Assembly: GCF_001194135.2 (NCBI RefSeq)
Contig: NC_068989.1
Location: 35,320,118-35,369,706, forward strand
Source of the DNA: Octopus bimaculoides
Taxonomy: Eukaryota
Direction: 5' to 3'
DNA: 49,589 nt
Of this stretch, positions 1 to 10,975 are shown piece after piece. Below the pieces are notes generated by a model, which was not told the DNA's origin, made no database searches, and was given only the letters and a program-made list of their open reading frames with translations. How positions within the stretch are numbered: position 1 is the stretch's first letter; every line of letters starts with the position of its first letter. Position numbers and translations under genes: made by a program.

Positions 1-321
1 TTACTACCTAGCTCAGATACCAGGAAACCCCAAAATGGCTGAAGTTCAAAAGATAGTGCTCATGGGAACTGCCCATATCCTATGTAAAATACTGTCTATG
101 TGATCTCAAATTTTAAAGCAAACACATAATTTTCTTATGGTTTCTTAAACATTCACTTGAACAAAACTGTACAAATCCAAATATATGGTACCCTAGGCAT
201 AACACCTACATGAACTTCTAACTTGTTGTCTCTTGAGGTCTCTGGGTGAGACTTGGATCCAACTTGTACAAATGCAAAACAAAAGTCAAACATAAAATAA
301 TAATAATAATAATAATAATAA
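1..321 (+). mobile_element. 3' end of an R4/Dong-like (RLE) non-LTR retrotransposon with (TAA)n tail
   Basis: Positions 2-103 translate to YYLAQIPGNPKMAEVQKIVLMGTAHILCKILSM*, resembling the Q-K-x-x-L-x-G-T-A-x-I-L C-terminus of R4/Dong ORFs. About 190 bp of 3' UTR follow, then a (TAA)n run at ~296-321. Confidence 0.6.
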
Positions 322-336
322 TTCTCTAATTATTTT

Positions 337-540
337 GGCACAAGGCCGGAAATTTTGAGGGTTGGGTGGATGCAAGTCAATTACATTGATCTTTGTACTT
401 GACTGGTATTTTATTGACACCAGAAGGATGAAAAGTAAATTTCTCCTTCGGCACGATTTGAAATTAGAACAGGCAGTAAAATGTTAGAACAAATACCACA
501 AGGCACTTTGCCCAACGTACGAACGATTTTGCCATTGCAC
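337..540 (-). mobile_element. tRNA-derived SINE with V-domain-like core (representative copy; related copies near 4590-4765, 5815-5890, 7330-7530, 8370-8500, 37000-37328, 40240-40400, 44600-44700)
   Basis: Recurrent motif TACTTGACTGGTA..TTTATT..GGATGAAAGG.AAAGT..ATTTGAACTCAGAA. Its reverse complement gives a B-box-like head followed by CTTTCATCCTT..GGGTCGATAAA..AAGTACCAG. Confidence 0.7.
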
Positions 541-903
541 TGTCAATAGGCTCCATTAGGCTTCCTTGCTTTGTCTTTATAACTATTACGAAATTATTGA
601 TTATCACTACCAAATTAACGCCTTTGACATTGCATGCAGTGTCATTGATTTTCCTGTAATTTGTCATAGAGCAATTGATAACGTCACAATTGTAATTAAC
701 AATTGCGAATACTGCTTTTGTGTGTGTGTGTGTGTGTTACGAATATGAATGTGTGAGTATAGTTGGATACGCGCGTGCATATCAGTATTTCAGTATTGTT
801 TCATATGTCACTGCCGAAAGTTATTATTCGAAGCCAAGTTAACAAACCTATGTTTTTAAACACACGTTATACCTTATAAATATATCGAAGTTTTATTTAG
901 AAA

Positions 904-1491
904 ATGAATAGATCTTTACATGGCGACGAGCCATCCAAACATCCCTCTAAATCTAACTTGACCCAACGTGAAACCAACTACTTGTATCCCTCTAATCTTC
1001 CAGGCACAGTTTTAAATGACGATGAAATTGGTCAGGAAGCAGACTATTCTAACCAACAAAGATGTTCCGACATGAATTTAGATTCTAGAAATAAACGGCC
1101 GAAAATAGAACCTCAGTATTCAAATATGGATGTCATCGAAATACCATTTCCTTTTTTACAGCGAGGAGCGAAATTAAAATTACAGAAACCAATTTTGAAA
1201 AAAAACATGTTAGTCTATCCACTGTTATATATTAGCGTACCTTTCAGAGGTTCCGAGAGGCCTGATAATGTACGCATTCAGAGACACTACCATAGGAAAA
1301 AAAGCACTACTGAGAAAACATTAAGATCTTTCCGAAGTCGATTTTACGCTGGTTTAAGAAGGTTTTACTCATCTTTCATATCGTGTGTGACCGACAATTT
1401 TACTTTAGACGATCTTGACAGCACTCAAGACGTTTCCGACTCGAAAAGGAGACGTGATTACAGAAGCAGGAATTTAAGACATAGATACTAA
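904..1491 (+). CDS. Orphan 195-aa ORF of unknown function
   Basis: Longest non-transposon, non-gap ORF in the window. It is preceded by an acceptor-like TTTTATTTAG (891-900) and an in-frame AAA before the ATG, with AATAAA at 1708-1713. No family recognised. Confidence 0.45.
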   Translation: MNRSLHGDEPSKHPSKSNLTQRETNYLYPSNLPGTVLNDDEIGQEADYSNQQRCSDMNLDSRNKRPKIEPQYSNMDVIEIPFPFLQRGAKLKLQKPILKKNMLVYPLLYISVPFRGSERPDNVRIQRHYHRKKSTTEKTLRSFRSRFYAGLRRFYSSFISCVTDNFTLDDLDSTQDVSDSKRRRDYRSRNLRHRY

Positions 1492-2189
1492 TATAATACC
1501 ATAAGAATTTGGTGTGAATATTTCGTACTTAACAACGAACATTTGTTTCATTTCTTTGAACTATTATTTATTTCTTTAAGTCATAGAATCGATATCGATA
1601 CAAATACAAAAGGATACATGAAAGAAAGAAGTGAACTTTCGATTCTCATATATTATATTCTTATTTATATACATCTGTTTTACGTTTAATGCTAGATTAG
1701 TCGTAATAATAAAAAGTATTCCCAATAGATATGAGGTCACAAAATTTGTGTATATTTAATGGTTTAAGTAGCCGATTATCTGGACCCTAACGCTCAATGC
1801 TTGACTTGCATTTATTTTATCAATCCCAGAGGATGTGATCGATAAATTTATCTCAGAGGGATTTGAACCCAGAACGTGAAAAGGTGTGACTGAATACCTC
1901 GGCTCTACTCTTTCTACCATTCCAGCCTTGACCATCCCCCATCTTTGAGGGGTATCTAGTTTTAACCAATGTGCCTTTACATTTTTTTAACGGTACGGTG
2001 AAACTAAGGGGATGTTTGAGTGCTTTTTCTAGCAGGATGATTGACCGAGGGTCTTCCTACTGTTGTGTAAGTTTGTTATATTAATTTTAAAATGAAGTAT
2101 ATGAAACAGTTGCTGAAATCTTACAGCGAATCTGAAGTTGGAATGGAATGTCAAATTTCAAATTCTTATTGAATAATGAAATAAAAGTT

Positions 2190-2470
2190 AATTGCATGTT
2201 CGTGTAACCCCGAAAAGATCCATCGAGGGTTTTTTGGCGTTTCGCTACCACCTCCGAAGCCATTCTTATTTATACAATCATCTCATTGCTCACATTTACA
2301 ACCAGGTAGATTGTGTAACTCCATTCAACCGAATCAATGTAAATTCATTCAACTTTTACACGCCCAGAATCGTCAACGTATGGAATAAATTATCTGCACC
2401 TGTTGTTAACCGTCAGAACACAGCATCCTTTAAAAATTCCATGCTTCTCGAAATTCGGTAACTTGCTGAT
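2190..2470 (+). mobile_element. CR1-group LINE 3' fragment
   Basis: FYTPRIVNVWNKLSAPVVNRQNTASFKN matches the CR1-type ORF2 C-terminal pattern (F..RVVN.WN.L...VV......FK). Confidence 0.6.
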
Positions 2471-4019
2471 CACTTTTCTGTGTTTCATTCTGTGTATTGT
2501 GCACGTACTTCTAGCTGTCATTGCTGTGTTTGTATGACTTCTGTCTGTTCTCTGTCCCATCTTTTAATCTTTCCTGACGAGTTGTGGTGCACCTTAGCAT
2601 GTATACAATCTCAATATTATTACTTATTAACTTCATACAGCCGAGACTCTAACTTCATTCCATTCAATTGATTTAGTTTGATAAGAATAAAACTTATGAT
2701 TGAGAGTCTGTGATGAATGCCAAAATTGACGATTGTCAGCAGCTCCTTTGTCGGTTTTATAACTAAAATATTTTTCAAGGAAGCACGACATTACGTTGGT
2801 GGTAGGATACAAATTGAAACTTGGAGTAATCATTCCCATACTAGATTTAATTCGTCACCCAGTTTAATGCCACCACCTGATCGTTGGATGCTTTCAACAG
2901 ACTAATCTGTAACTCGCATTTAGTTTTTTCGCATGAGAACTTGCTCCTGCCGGTTACAGAGATTCAAAAAAGTGTCATAGTTGTTGCCCTAAACCACTTA
3001 TTAAAAAAAAAATGTTTGTAGGCTTGCAGTACTAAAAATTTAGTCGTCTGCAAATGACAATGAAAATTTGAAGAAACATTGCAGTTTTGTCTCATATTTA
3101 GTAAAGGTTGTTCTTTTCTAAATGAATTAATTTTTGCTAATAAGGTTATTTTATAAATTATTGATACATATGTCATCTTTAAAGTTAAGTTTTTAGCTTA
3201 AAAAAAATTATGATTGTAAATATATGCTAATGTAAGTGTGACAGTAAAAATTTGTAACAGTAGAAGTTAATTTTTGTATAACGATGATATGAAACATCAA
3301 TAGTTCATACACAGCAGGATGGATGTAATTAGTTTGTAAGGGTTGGTTCTTCTATCTGGAAAATGTAAAACTGCTGTCAGAGAAAAACCATTGTTCCACC
3401 GTGAGAAAAGTTCTGTTGAACTGTTAATTTAAATTTGGCTATGGTGGATCGAACCCACTTCATGCTTGCAAGATTCAGTACATAAGTTAACCTCAGAACG
3501 TAAAGTGCCGGAAGAAATGTCACGAAGCATCTTTTTCTTACGCGCTAACGATTCTGCCATCTCATCGCCTTAATATACTTTAATAACTATAAATATATAA
3601 TTGTAAATATATTTCAATGGAATAGAATAACTGGAGTTATCTTGGTTTCTTCAATGGATCGTGTACCAAATTAACAGAGTCAAGAAGTTTTAATATTTGA
3701 TTAAAAAATTTATAGCTCTTTCATAGCTAGTATCCTCTTACATAATCTGTATCCCGTAACACAGGCCTGCCATAGCTCCGTCTTACATCGTCTGTACCTA
3801 GCTTAATTGTTGTTTCATTGATTAACAAGTTTTGTCAAGCAATCAATAATGGAGAGATTATAGGATTTTCAAAAAGATAATTATATAAACTACCCGTCTT
3901 ATTTAAGGGAAGACTGAGGCATCTAGACTATTTATAGGAGATAGAAATGGATGTTATGGCATTTATACATATCCCATTAGAGTCGTAAATAAGCCCTGTT
4001 TATAGTCTCAGGTAAGACA

Positions 4020-4400
4020 CAGTGGAGAAGCAATCTCACATCTGAGAGAGTTATTCTGTCGTGCACATCCAAAGTATGGCTATCCGAGTGATTGGCATTA
4101 AATCATTCAAGACAGTCAAAAAAAAGAAAACGACAGACGCATTGCCCACGCCTTCTGCATTTTCTGCCGATACTGCAAGAGCTCATTGATCCTCTTCTCG
4201 GGCCCTCTGACATCTCTCCTTTCGTCATCCTGTCCACAATATGTTCACGCCCTACAAACCCTTATGCTAAGTTCTTCCTCCCAAGAATATCATCTCTATG
4301 GAATCCCCTCATATATTTCTGCTGCAGGCTGTTAAAGTGAACCATTAACTACGTCAGTCTCACTGGTTTCGGAGGACATATGAAAGTCGTAGATACATCT
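4020..4400 (+). mobile_element. L2/Crack-like LINE 3' fragment
   Basis: RPTNPYAKFFLPRISSLWNPL resembles the SFFPRT..LWN.LP ORF2 C-terminal motif. Confidence 0.5.
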
Positions 4401-4911
4401 CTTTCCTTGACCAATTCTGTAGAAAAGAAATTAGTTCACCCTTTGTTTCACAATGTTTGTCACTAAAATATTTGGCTCTCTTACAGCGTTATCTACATTT
4501 CAAAGTCAGTACCAATTTTGCACGCCAACAGAAAATCACTTTTTGAGAAATTGAAAAGCTTTCGTTCTTATATATCATGGTTTATAATTTAGGCTCAAGG
4601 TAGGCAACTTTGATAGAGGGAGGTGAGTTAAATCGGCCCTAGTATTTGACTGGTACTTTATTTTTGTCGACTCTGGAGGAGTGAAAGACAAAATTGACCT
4701 CAATTGATTTGAATTCAGATCAGAGAAGACCAGAATGAATACCACAAGGTATTTTGTCCACCACTTATACTAAATATTAAAAATGGATCTAAGTTTTATC
4801 TCTATTGTAAACTTGAAAAGCTATCGGACGAAGGGTTAAGCACAAGGGATTGTCTCCCTTAAACAGCTATCCGTAGTCGATGCGGTCGGCTTGTGGGTTC
4901 CAAGACATCAG

Positions 4912-5057
4912 TCTATAAGCTCTCTACAAAGTGGAGGAAGAAAAGACTTAGTAGTTACTTTTTGACCACTCGGAAGAAGGTCTATAAGCTCTCAACAAAG
5001 TGGAGCGGGGAAAGGCCTCGTAGCTACTTGTTGACCACTTTGTAGAAAGCTTATAGA
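4912..5057. repeat. 69-bp-period direct repeat whose second unit is a hairpin with 23-bp inverted ends
   Basis: TCTATAAGCTCTC(T/A)ACAAAGTGGA occurs at 4912 and 4981. CCACTTTGTAGAAAGCTTATAGA at 5035-5057 is its near-perfect reverse complement. Confidence 0.85.
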
Positions 5058-5063
5058 ATAACA

Positions 5064-5468
5064 GATAATTTTTCAGTTTAGGGATATTAAAAAAAGTAAA
5101 TAAAACTTAAGGGGGAGATAACTTGTAAAGCCTAAATGATGTGTACACTCACGAAGTGATTGTTCATGAAGACAATTTCGTTGATCCTTCAAATTGGAAC
5201 GTTCACACACAAAATGTTGAAAATATGTGGATGCGTGTGAAACAAACTACGACGTCAATTTGGAACATCAGATGAATTGTTTGTGTCCTATTTACACGAA
5301 TTCATATAGCGTAATTCCATGGAGATGAACAAAACATTTGTTCACTTTTTGGTTTCTATATCCAGTATTTATGTTTAACAGTAAATTAACTTATTCATGT
5401 CCCTTTACCAGTTATCTCCCCCTTAATTCTTATTTACTTTTTTAATAACCCTAAACTGAACAATTACC
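5064..5468 (+). mobile_element. Merlin (IS1016/ISXO2-like) DNA transposon deletion derivative
   Basis: About 60-bp imperfect TIRs (GATAATTTTTCAGTTTAGGG...GGGGGAGATAAC / GTTATCTCCCCC...CCCTAAACTGAACAATTACC). The interior translates to VYTHEVIVHEDNFVDPSNWNVHTQNVENMWMRVK, then after a frameshift LRRQFGTSDELFVSYLHEF. Degenerate 8-bp flanks GAATAACA/GAGTAGCC. Confidence 0.8.
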
Positions 5469-5761
5469 GAGTAGCCCCATAGACCAGCCATAGCCACCTT
5501 TAATTATTCTACTGCTCTATTTTGGCAAATAATCTTTACTCTAGAGTACTATTACTGATTGTCTCTCGATGATAGATTTACAAATAATTTTCTATTCTAT
5601 ATATATAAGTACAGTTGAGGATATATAAACCTCAGAGGGATAGAAATATCCAAGATTTAATGTGGAATATTTATGTAATTAAGTTTATAAGTAAATATAA
5701 AAGTTATGTCTTGTCACTGTATTAATAAATTTTTATTAATTTTAACTCCGTCTTCTCTCTT

Positions 5762-5803
<42 letters not shown>

Positions 5804-6092
5804 TTCACGTCCTGCTGATGTCACTTTTACCTTTTACTCTTCCGGGGTCGATGAAATAAAAATACCAGGCAAGTACTGGGTCGGTTTATATTTCATGTGT
5901 TCACTCTAGAGAGTATCTTCCACAATAGTCTTGGGTCGACCCGATATGTACGAGTAAAACTTAGTAGACAGAAACTGAAACTTTGTACCTGTTTTTAGTC
6001 AGTAGATTTAATTTATCATTCGGTTTAATATGAACACCTAGCTTTTAAGTGTGTAGTTTTAGCGGAGTTGACTTTGCTGTAAGCTTTCCGAC

Positions 6093-6175
6093 CCAAGGAG
6101 AAATGAACAACAGTTATATACGAACTGAAGATATATAATTCAGTTCGTATATAATTCTTGTTCCTTTCCTCTTGG
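6093..6175. other. 83-nt hairpin (37-nt arms, 9-nt loop)
   Basis: CCAAGGAGAAATGAACAACAGTTATATACGAACTGAA / GATATATAA / TTCAGTTCGTATATAATTCTTGTTCCTTTCCTCTTGG; 34 of 37 positions pair on the + strand, counting two G-U. Confidence 0.85.
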
Positions 6176-6490
6176 CTCTCGTAGGTCCCATAAACAAATT
6201 ATGGGCCCTACCTTTTGTTCTTTATCTTAATTACACATAAATATAAACCGTTAGTATAGAAATGTTGCATGATGATTCATTTCGGATTAATAGAATCAAA
6301 ACTCAAAAACTTGTGGAAACACATTTTTGACTGAAAAAAATTCATAAATGTTTACCGTCCCTGATAAAGATATAAAGATGTTTTTTTAATTGTTAACTTT
6401 TTTTTATTTACTTTTACGCATATTTATATACTTAATTACATAAATATTCCACATTAAAATATGAATCCAAAACAAAAAAAATATAATCTC

Positions 6491-7275
6491 GGCTTTGTTA
6501 AAAAGCTTGCTTCCCAACCACATGGTTCCAGGTTCAGTCTCACTACGTGGCACCTTGGGCAAGTATTTTCTACAATAGCCTCGGGCCAACCAAAGTTTTG
6601 TGAGTGGATTTGGTGGAGGGAAACTGAAAGAAGCCCGTCGTATATACGTGGCTAAGAGTTAGCAATGCTGCTGCTGACTAGCACCCTCCGTCACTTTAGT
6701 GACGACTATACTTGTTTCCTTTCGGTTGTAAATTGCGAATAGCCACCTTGATAATTTATAATTCTCACTTCATCATCTTCGGAATCGGTCAATATTTCCT
6801 TTGGTGTTCTCTATAAGACTGACAAGGTGACTTCAGTTTTTAACCCTCGGCGATGGAGTAATGGGTCACTGAGGAAGATTAATCAAATCTGAAATCATTG
6901 ATAATATGATTCCATCTCGCTTGCCGTAGCGAGCTTGTCTCTTTTGTCAGTCGTTAAGAAAGTGCTCTCACGTGGCTAAGAATTGTTTTGACTCGTATTT
7001 CTAGCAATACTGGTGCTGACTAGCACCATCCATCACTTTAGTGACAACTAGTTGCCTTTCGGTTGTAAATTGCGAACAGTATGTATGTATGTATGTACGT
7101 ACGTACGTACGTACGTATGTATATATGTACGTATGTACGTACGTACGTACTTGTTCTCCACCACCGCTTGACAACCGGTTCGGTCAAAAAGAAGGATAGA
7201 ATAAGTACTAGGCTTTAAGAAATAAGTCCTGAGGTGAATTTGTTCAACTAAAACCTTTCAAGGCGGTGCCCCAGC
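6491..7275 (+). mobile_element. tRNA-derived SINE (CORE-like) interrupted by a direct-repeat insertion (related copies near 9290-9420, 10510-10640, 21070-21420, 27065-27445, 42950-43110)
   Basis: Head AAGCTTGCTTCCCAACCACATGGTTCC.GGTTCAGTC.CACT..GTGGCACCTTGGGCAAGT runs to GAAAGAAGCCCGTCG at 6640. The element resumes after 7080 with a TATG/TACG microsatellite and CCACCACCGCTTGACAACCGG. Confidence 0.75.
6646..7079 (+). ncRNA. Retrozyme-like ~1.3-mer (324-337 bp period) containing a degenerate type I hammerhead ribozyme core
   Basis: Direct repeats at 6646-6742 and 6970-7079. Between them: CTGAGGA (6869-6875), stem II AGATT/AATCT, GAAA (6891-6894), stem III ATCAT/ATGAT and an AUU triplet (6909-6911). 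Proximal stem I is imperfect. Confidence 0.55.
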
Positions 7276-7539
7276 TGATGGCAAAACTTGAGGCAACCCA
7301 ACACCACTATATTAAGAAGATTCTTTTCTACTCTAGGCACAAGGTTCGAAATTTTTGGGGAGGGATCCAATTGATTAGATCAACCCAGTACGCAACTGGT
7401 ACTTAATTTACTGACCCGGAAAGGATGAAAGGCAAAGTCAACCTTGGCAGAATTTGAACTCAGAATGTAAAGACATGAAATATCGCTAAGCATTTCATCT
7501 GGCGTGCTAATGTTTCTGCCAGCTCGCCGCCTTAACTAT

Positions 7540-7935
7540 ACCAAGAAGATTGAGCAACAGATGAGCTACTGGGAGAGGCTAAGGGAACTGAAGCTCTACC
7601 CCTTTGAGAGAGAGTATGAAAGATATACAATGATATACAAATGGAAGATTTTGGAAGATCTAGCTCCCAAATTTGAAACTGAAAGCTATATCAACTGGAC
7701 AGTACTGCATGAGATCAAAAATCCTGTTTTCTCCATCTAGGATTAGGACACCGTACTGTAATAGCTTGGGTTTCAAAGGTCCACAACTATTCAACATTCT
7801 GCCAAACAGACTCAGAGATTTGTGAGGTATAAATGCGAAGGTCTTTAAAGAATGCCTGGATAAATTTTTTATCTGAGATACCAGATAAGCCCACATGGCG
7901 GCAGCAGACACAAAGAAGAGTAGCTCTGCCCAACT
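7540..7935 (+). mobile_element. CR1/Jockey-group LINE ORF2 3' fragment
   Basis: SYWERLRELKLYPFEREYERYTMIYKWKILEDLAPK and GFKGPQLFNILPNRLRDL..VFKECLDKFLSEIPDKP are typical LINE post-RT motifs; disrupted by stops. Confidence 0.75.
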
Positions 7936-8758
7936 TGCTACTTCACCTGAAACAATACAGGAAAGAAATCGAATCACATTGAAAGGCGGTGCCCCAACAT
8001 GTCTTCAGCTTCTGGCTGAAACTGATAAAACAATAATTGTTTTCCAATTGTATGTAAATATATTTTTGAGACGAAATGGTTTAGGCCACATGAGTTTTGC
8101 CTGTGGTGAATTTAACGATTGAAGGGAGAGAATCACTTCTCGGTAACGTGTGAGTTGGTGTTTATATCTTCATAGGCTTTACCTAGCACCAAACAATTCA
8201 ATGAAGTAGAACATGATCCCATAGTCTGCTGACCTTTTGAATTTTGCCGAGCCATCCTGTCCATGCCAACAGATAAAACAAACGCAAAATTATCATGACT
8301 ATTTTATGGTATCAAAACTGAAAAAGAATATAATTTTCTTTCATAAACAAAAAAATCTCAAATTTTGTGGAGAGAGAACAACCAATTATATGACTTCAGT
8401 ACTTGACTAGTATTTTATTTTATCAACAACCCTCATAAGAATGAACGACAAAGTTGTCCTTGTCAGAATTTCAACTCAGAATGTAAAGAGCCAGAAAAAT
8501 ACCACAAATTATTTTGTTGGCTCTAAATCGATTTTAATAATCCACTTGGTGAAAAAATGAGGAACATGCAAAAGTGAAAAATGTAAAACAGAAATTATAT
8601 AAGAAATATAAACTTAAGGCAGACCAATGCATCAGCAACAGGAAAGGGAATAGTGAATTTATTAGTAAGAGAGGGAAAAGGGTAAGTTGATGATGATGAT
8701 GGATGTGATGATGATGATGGATGTGATCATGATGATGATATTTTTAATCTTTTTGTAG

Positions 8759-8915
8759 ATCAGTGCATACTTTCACCATTCTCAATGAAGCACTTGAAGA
8801 TTTAAGACAGCAAAATAAACTATTATCTGTAGCTTTGCTCACGTCGAAGTTACATATGTGGCCAGATTTCCATGGTAATCGTTCACCACTTGCAGATCCT
8901 ACACTACGAGGAATG
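8759..8915 (+). CDS. FGGY: FGGY carbohydrate kinase, internal exon (first visible)
   Basis: TTTTGTAG acceptor and GTATGT donor. SVHTFTILNEAL...LHMWPDFHGNRSPLADPTLRGM matches the FGGY motif WPDFHGNRSPLAD. Confidence 0.95.
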
Positions 8916-10900
8916 GTATGTTTTATTCTTTTATACGTTTCAGCCTTAAGGCTGTGGCCATGCTGGAGCACTGCCAATGAATACATTTTTAGAATTTTTT
9001 TTTTGTGTGATGACCACTTGAAAGTAGCTTTATAATTATACAAGTGAAGTTGTACTGTTAGTAAAGACACTTAATTTTCAATGAGCTAGTGAATCAATCA
9101 GAAGGGGAAAGATACATTAATCCAGAGCATGAAGAGTGAAGGAGGAGTTTGCTTCTATTTGCTGGGTACTCCTTTAAAAGAAAAAAAAAGGGGGAAGCTC
9201 TACATCCTTGAAATTTGAATGAGCACCCTCCATCCTGGAGCTACAAAATAGTTTTGTTCTACCTTGTCAAATTCCTCTTGGAGGCCCTGTTAACAAGCAG
9301 AGTTGTGTGGTAGAGAAGTTCATTTCCCAACCATGTGATTTCAGGTTCAGTCCCACAGTATGACACCTTTGGAAATTGTCTTCCACTATAGCCTTGTGCT
9401 ATATATTCATATATGTATGCGCGTGTGTGTGTGTGTGCATGCATGCATGTCTTTGTTTTGACATTATGTGAGAGATGTAAACAAGCAGAACTGTCATACT
9501 AGTGAGCTTGTTCATTTTCAATCTCTCGTGAAAACATTTCCAGCCATGGAAATATCTTACCTTGCTTGGAAGCAATTGAGAGTTGGTGATAGGAAAAGGT
9601 GACTTAAACAAAACAGCCATGTCCTTTTGTCTAGTTTGATTTCTGTATGGGAAAAAGACTGAAAGAAATCCCCAGGAAAAACACATGCAAATCTATATAC
9701 ACACATAAGATCATACATGCATGCATACATGTGTATGTGTGTGTGTATATATTCTTTTATTCTTTTACTCGTTTCAGTCATTTGACTATGGCCATGCTGG
9801 AGCAGCACCTTAAAGGCTTTTAGTCGAACAGATCAACCCCAGGATTTGTTTCTTAAGCCTAGTACTTATTTCATCAGTCTGTTTTGCCGAACTGCTAAGT
9901 TACAGGCATGTAAACAGACCAACAGAGGTTGTCAAACTGTGATGGAGGGACACATTGACAAACACACACACAGAGGTTGGGTAACCATGTATCTCCTTTA
10001 TGGCAGCACACCTGTTTCTGTCCTTATTCCTGATATCTCTCTCTCTCTCTCTCTCAGTGGATAACCTTGTACCTCCTCTACAGCAAGACACCTGTTTCTA
10101 TCTCCTGTTTTACTATAACCTTTCATCATCTGACACAAAATTACCTCTTCCAATGACCCTTCCTCTCTCAAAAAGTTACTTGATAACCCTGTCAGTGTAG
10201 CTGTCACTTAAAAAGCATCCAGTCCACACTGTAAAGTGGTTGGCATTTGAAAGGGCATCCAGCTGTAAAAACCTTGCCAAAACTGATCGCACCTCTGCTT
10301 GTGTCACATAAAAGCACTCAGTCCATTCTGCTTGGTGGTTGTCTTAGGAAGGGCATCCAGTCGTAAAAATCCTGCCAAAACAGATACAGTAGTCTGGTGC
10401 AGGCTTCTGCCTGACTGGCTCCTGCCAAACCATGCCAGCATGGGAGGTTGACATTAAACAATTACATATATATATATATATGTATATATATATACATGAC
10501 AGCTTTCTTTCAGTTTCCATCTACCAAATCTACTCATACAGCTTTGGTCAGCTCAAGGCTATAGCAGAAGACACTTGCCCAAGGTGCCATGCTTTGGGAT
10601 GGGACCTGGAACCATGTGGTTTTTAAGCAAGCTTCTTACCACACAGTCACGTCTGGAGTTGTGTATTATTATTTGTTTTTTTACATACATACATACATAC
10701 ATGCACACTCACACACACACACACACACACATGCTCACACATACACCTATTTGTCAACACCTGTTGAGAACATTTGTTATATATTGTAGATTCAAGCATA
10801 TATATAGTTGAACATCAGTAATATAGCATCAACTCAGGAACAGCCTGACATATTCTAACTATAAGGTATCCACATTGAAATTTTGTCATTGTATTTACAG

Positions 10901-10975
10901 ATTTCGGGATTGAGGCTGTCATCTTCTCAGAAAGAATTATGTTTGCATTATTTAGCTACAGTACAAGCCCTTGCT
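10901..10975 (+). CDS. FGGY: FGGY exon
   Basis: TTTACAG acceptor and GTGAGT donor. ISGLRLSSSQKELCLHYLATVQALA; phase consistent with neighbouring exons. Confidence 0.95.

Noticed and set aside
1587-1600. Tandem DRE-like ATCGATATCGATA
   Set aside because: Short motif with no supporting promoter context; lies downstream of the orphan ORF.
2480-2671. ORF containing CARTSSCHC, reminiscent of the FGGY motif CGTSSCHM
   Set aside because: No flanking similarity and no usable splice sites; treated as chance. No upstream FGGY exon was found in 1-8758.
2710-2880. Possible C/D snoRNA (GTGATGA ... CTGA)
   Set aside because: No terminal stem and no recognisable rRNA guide.
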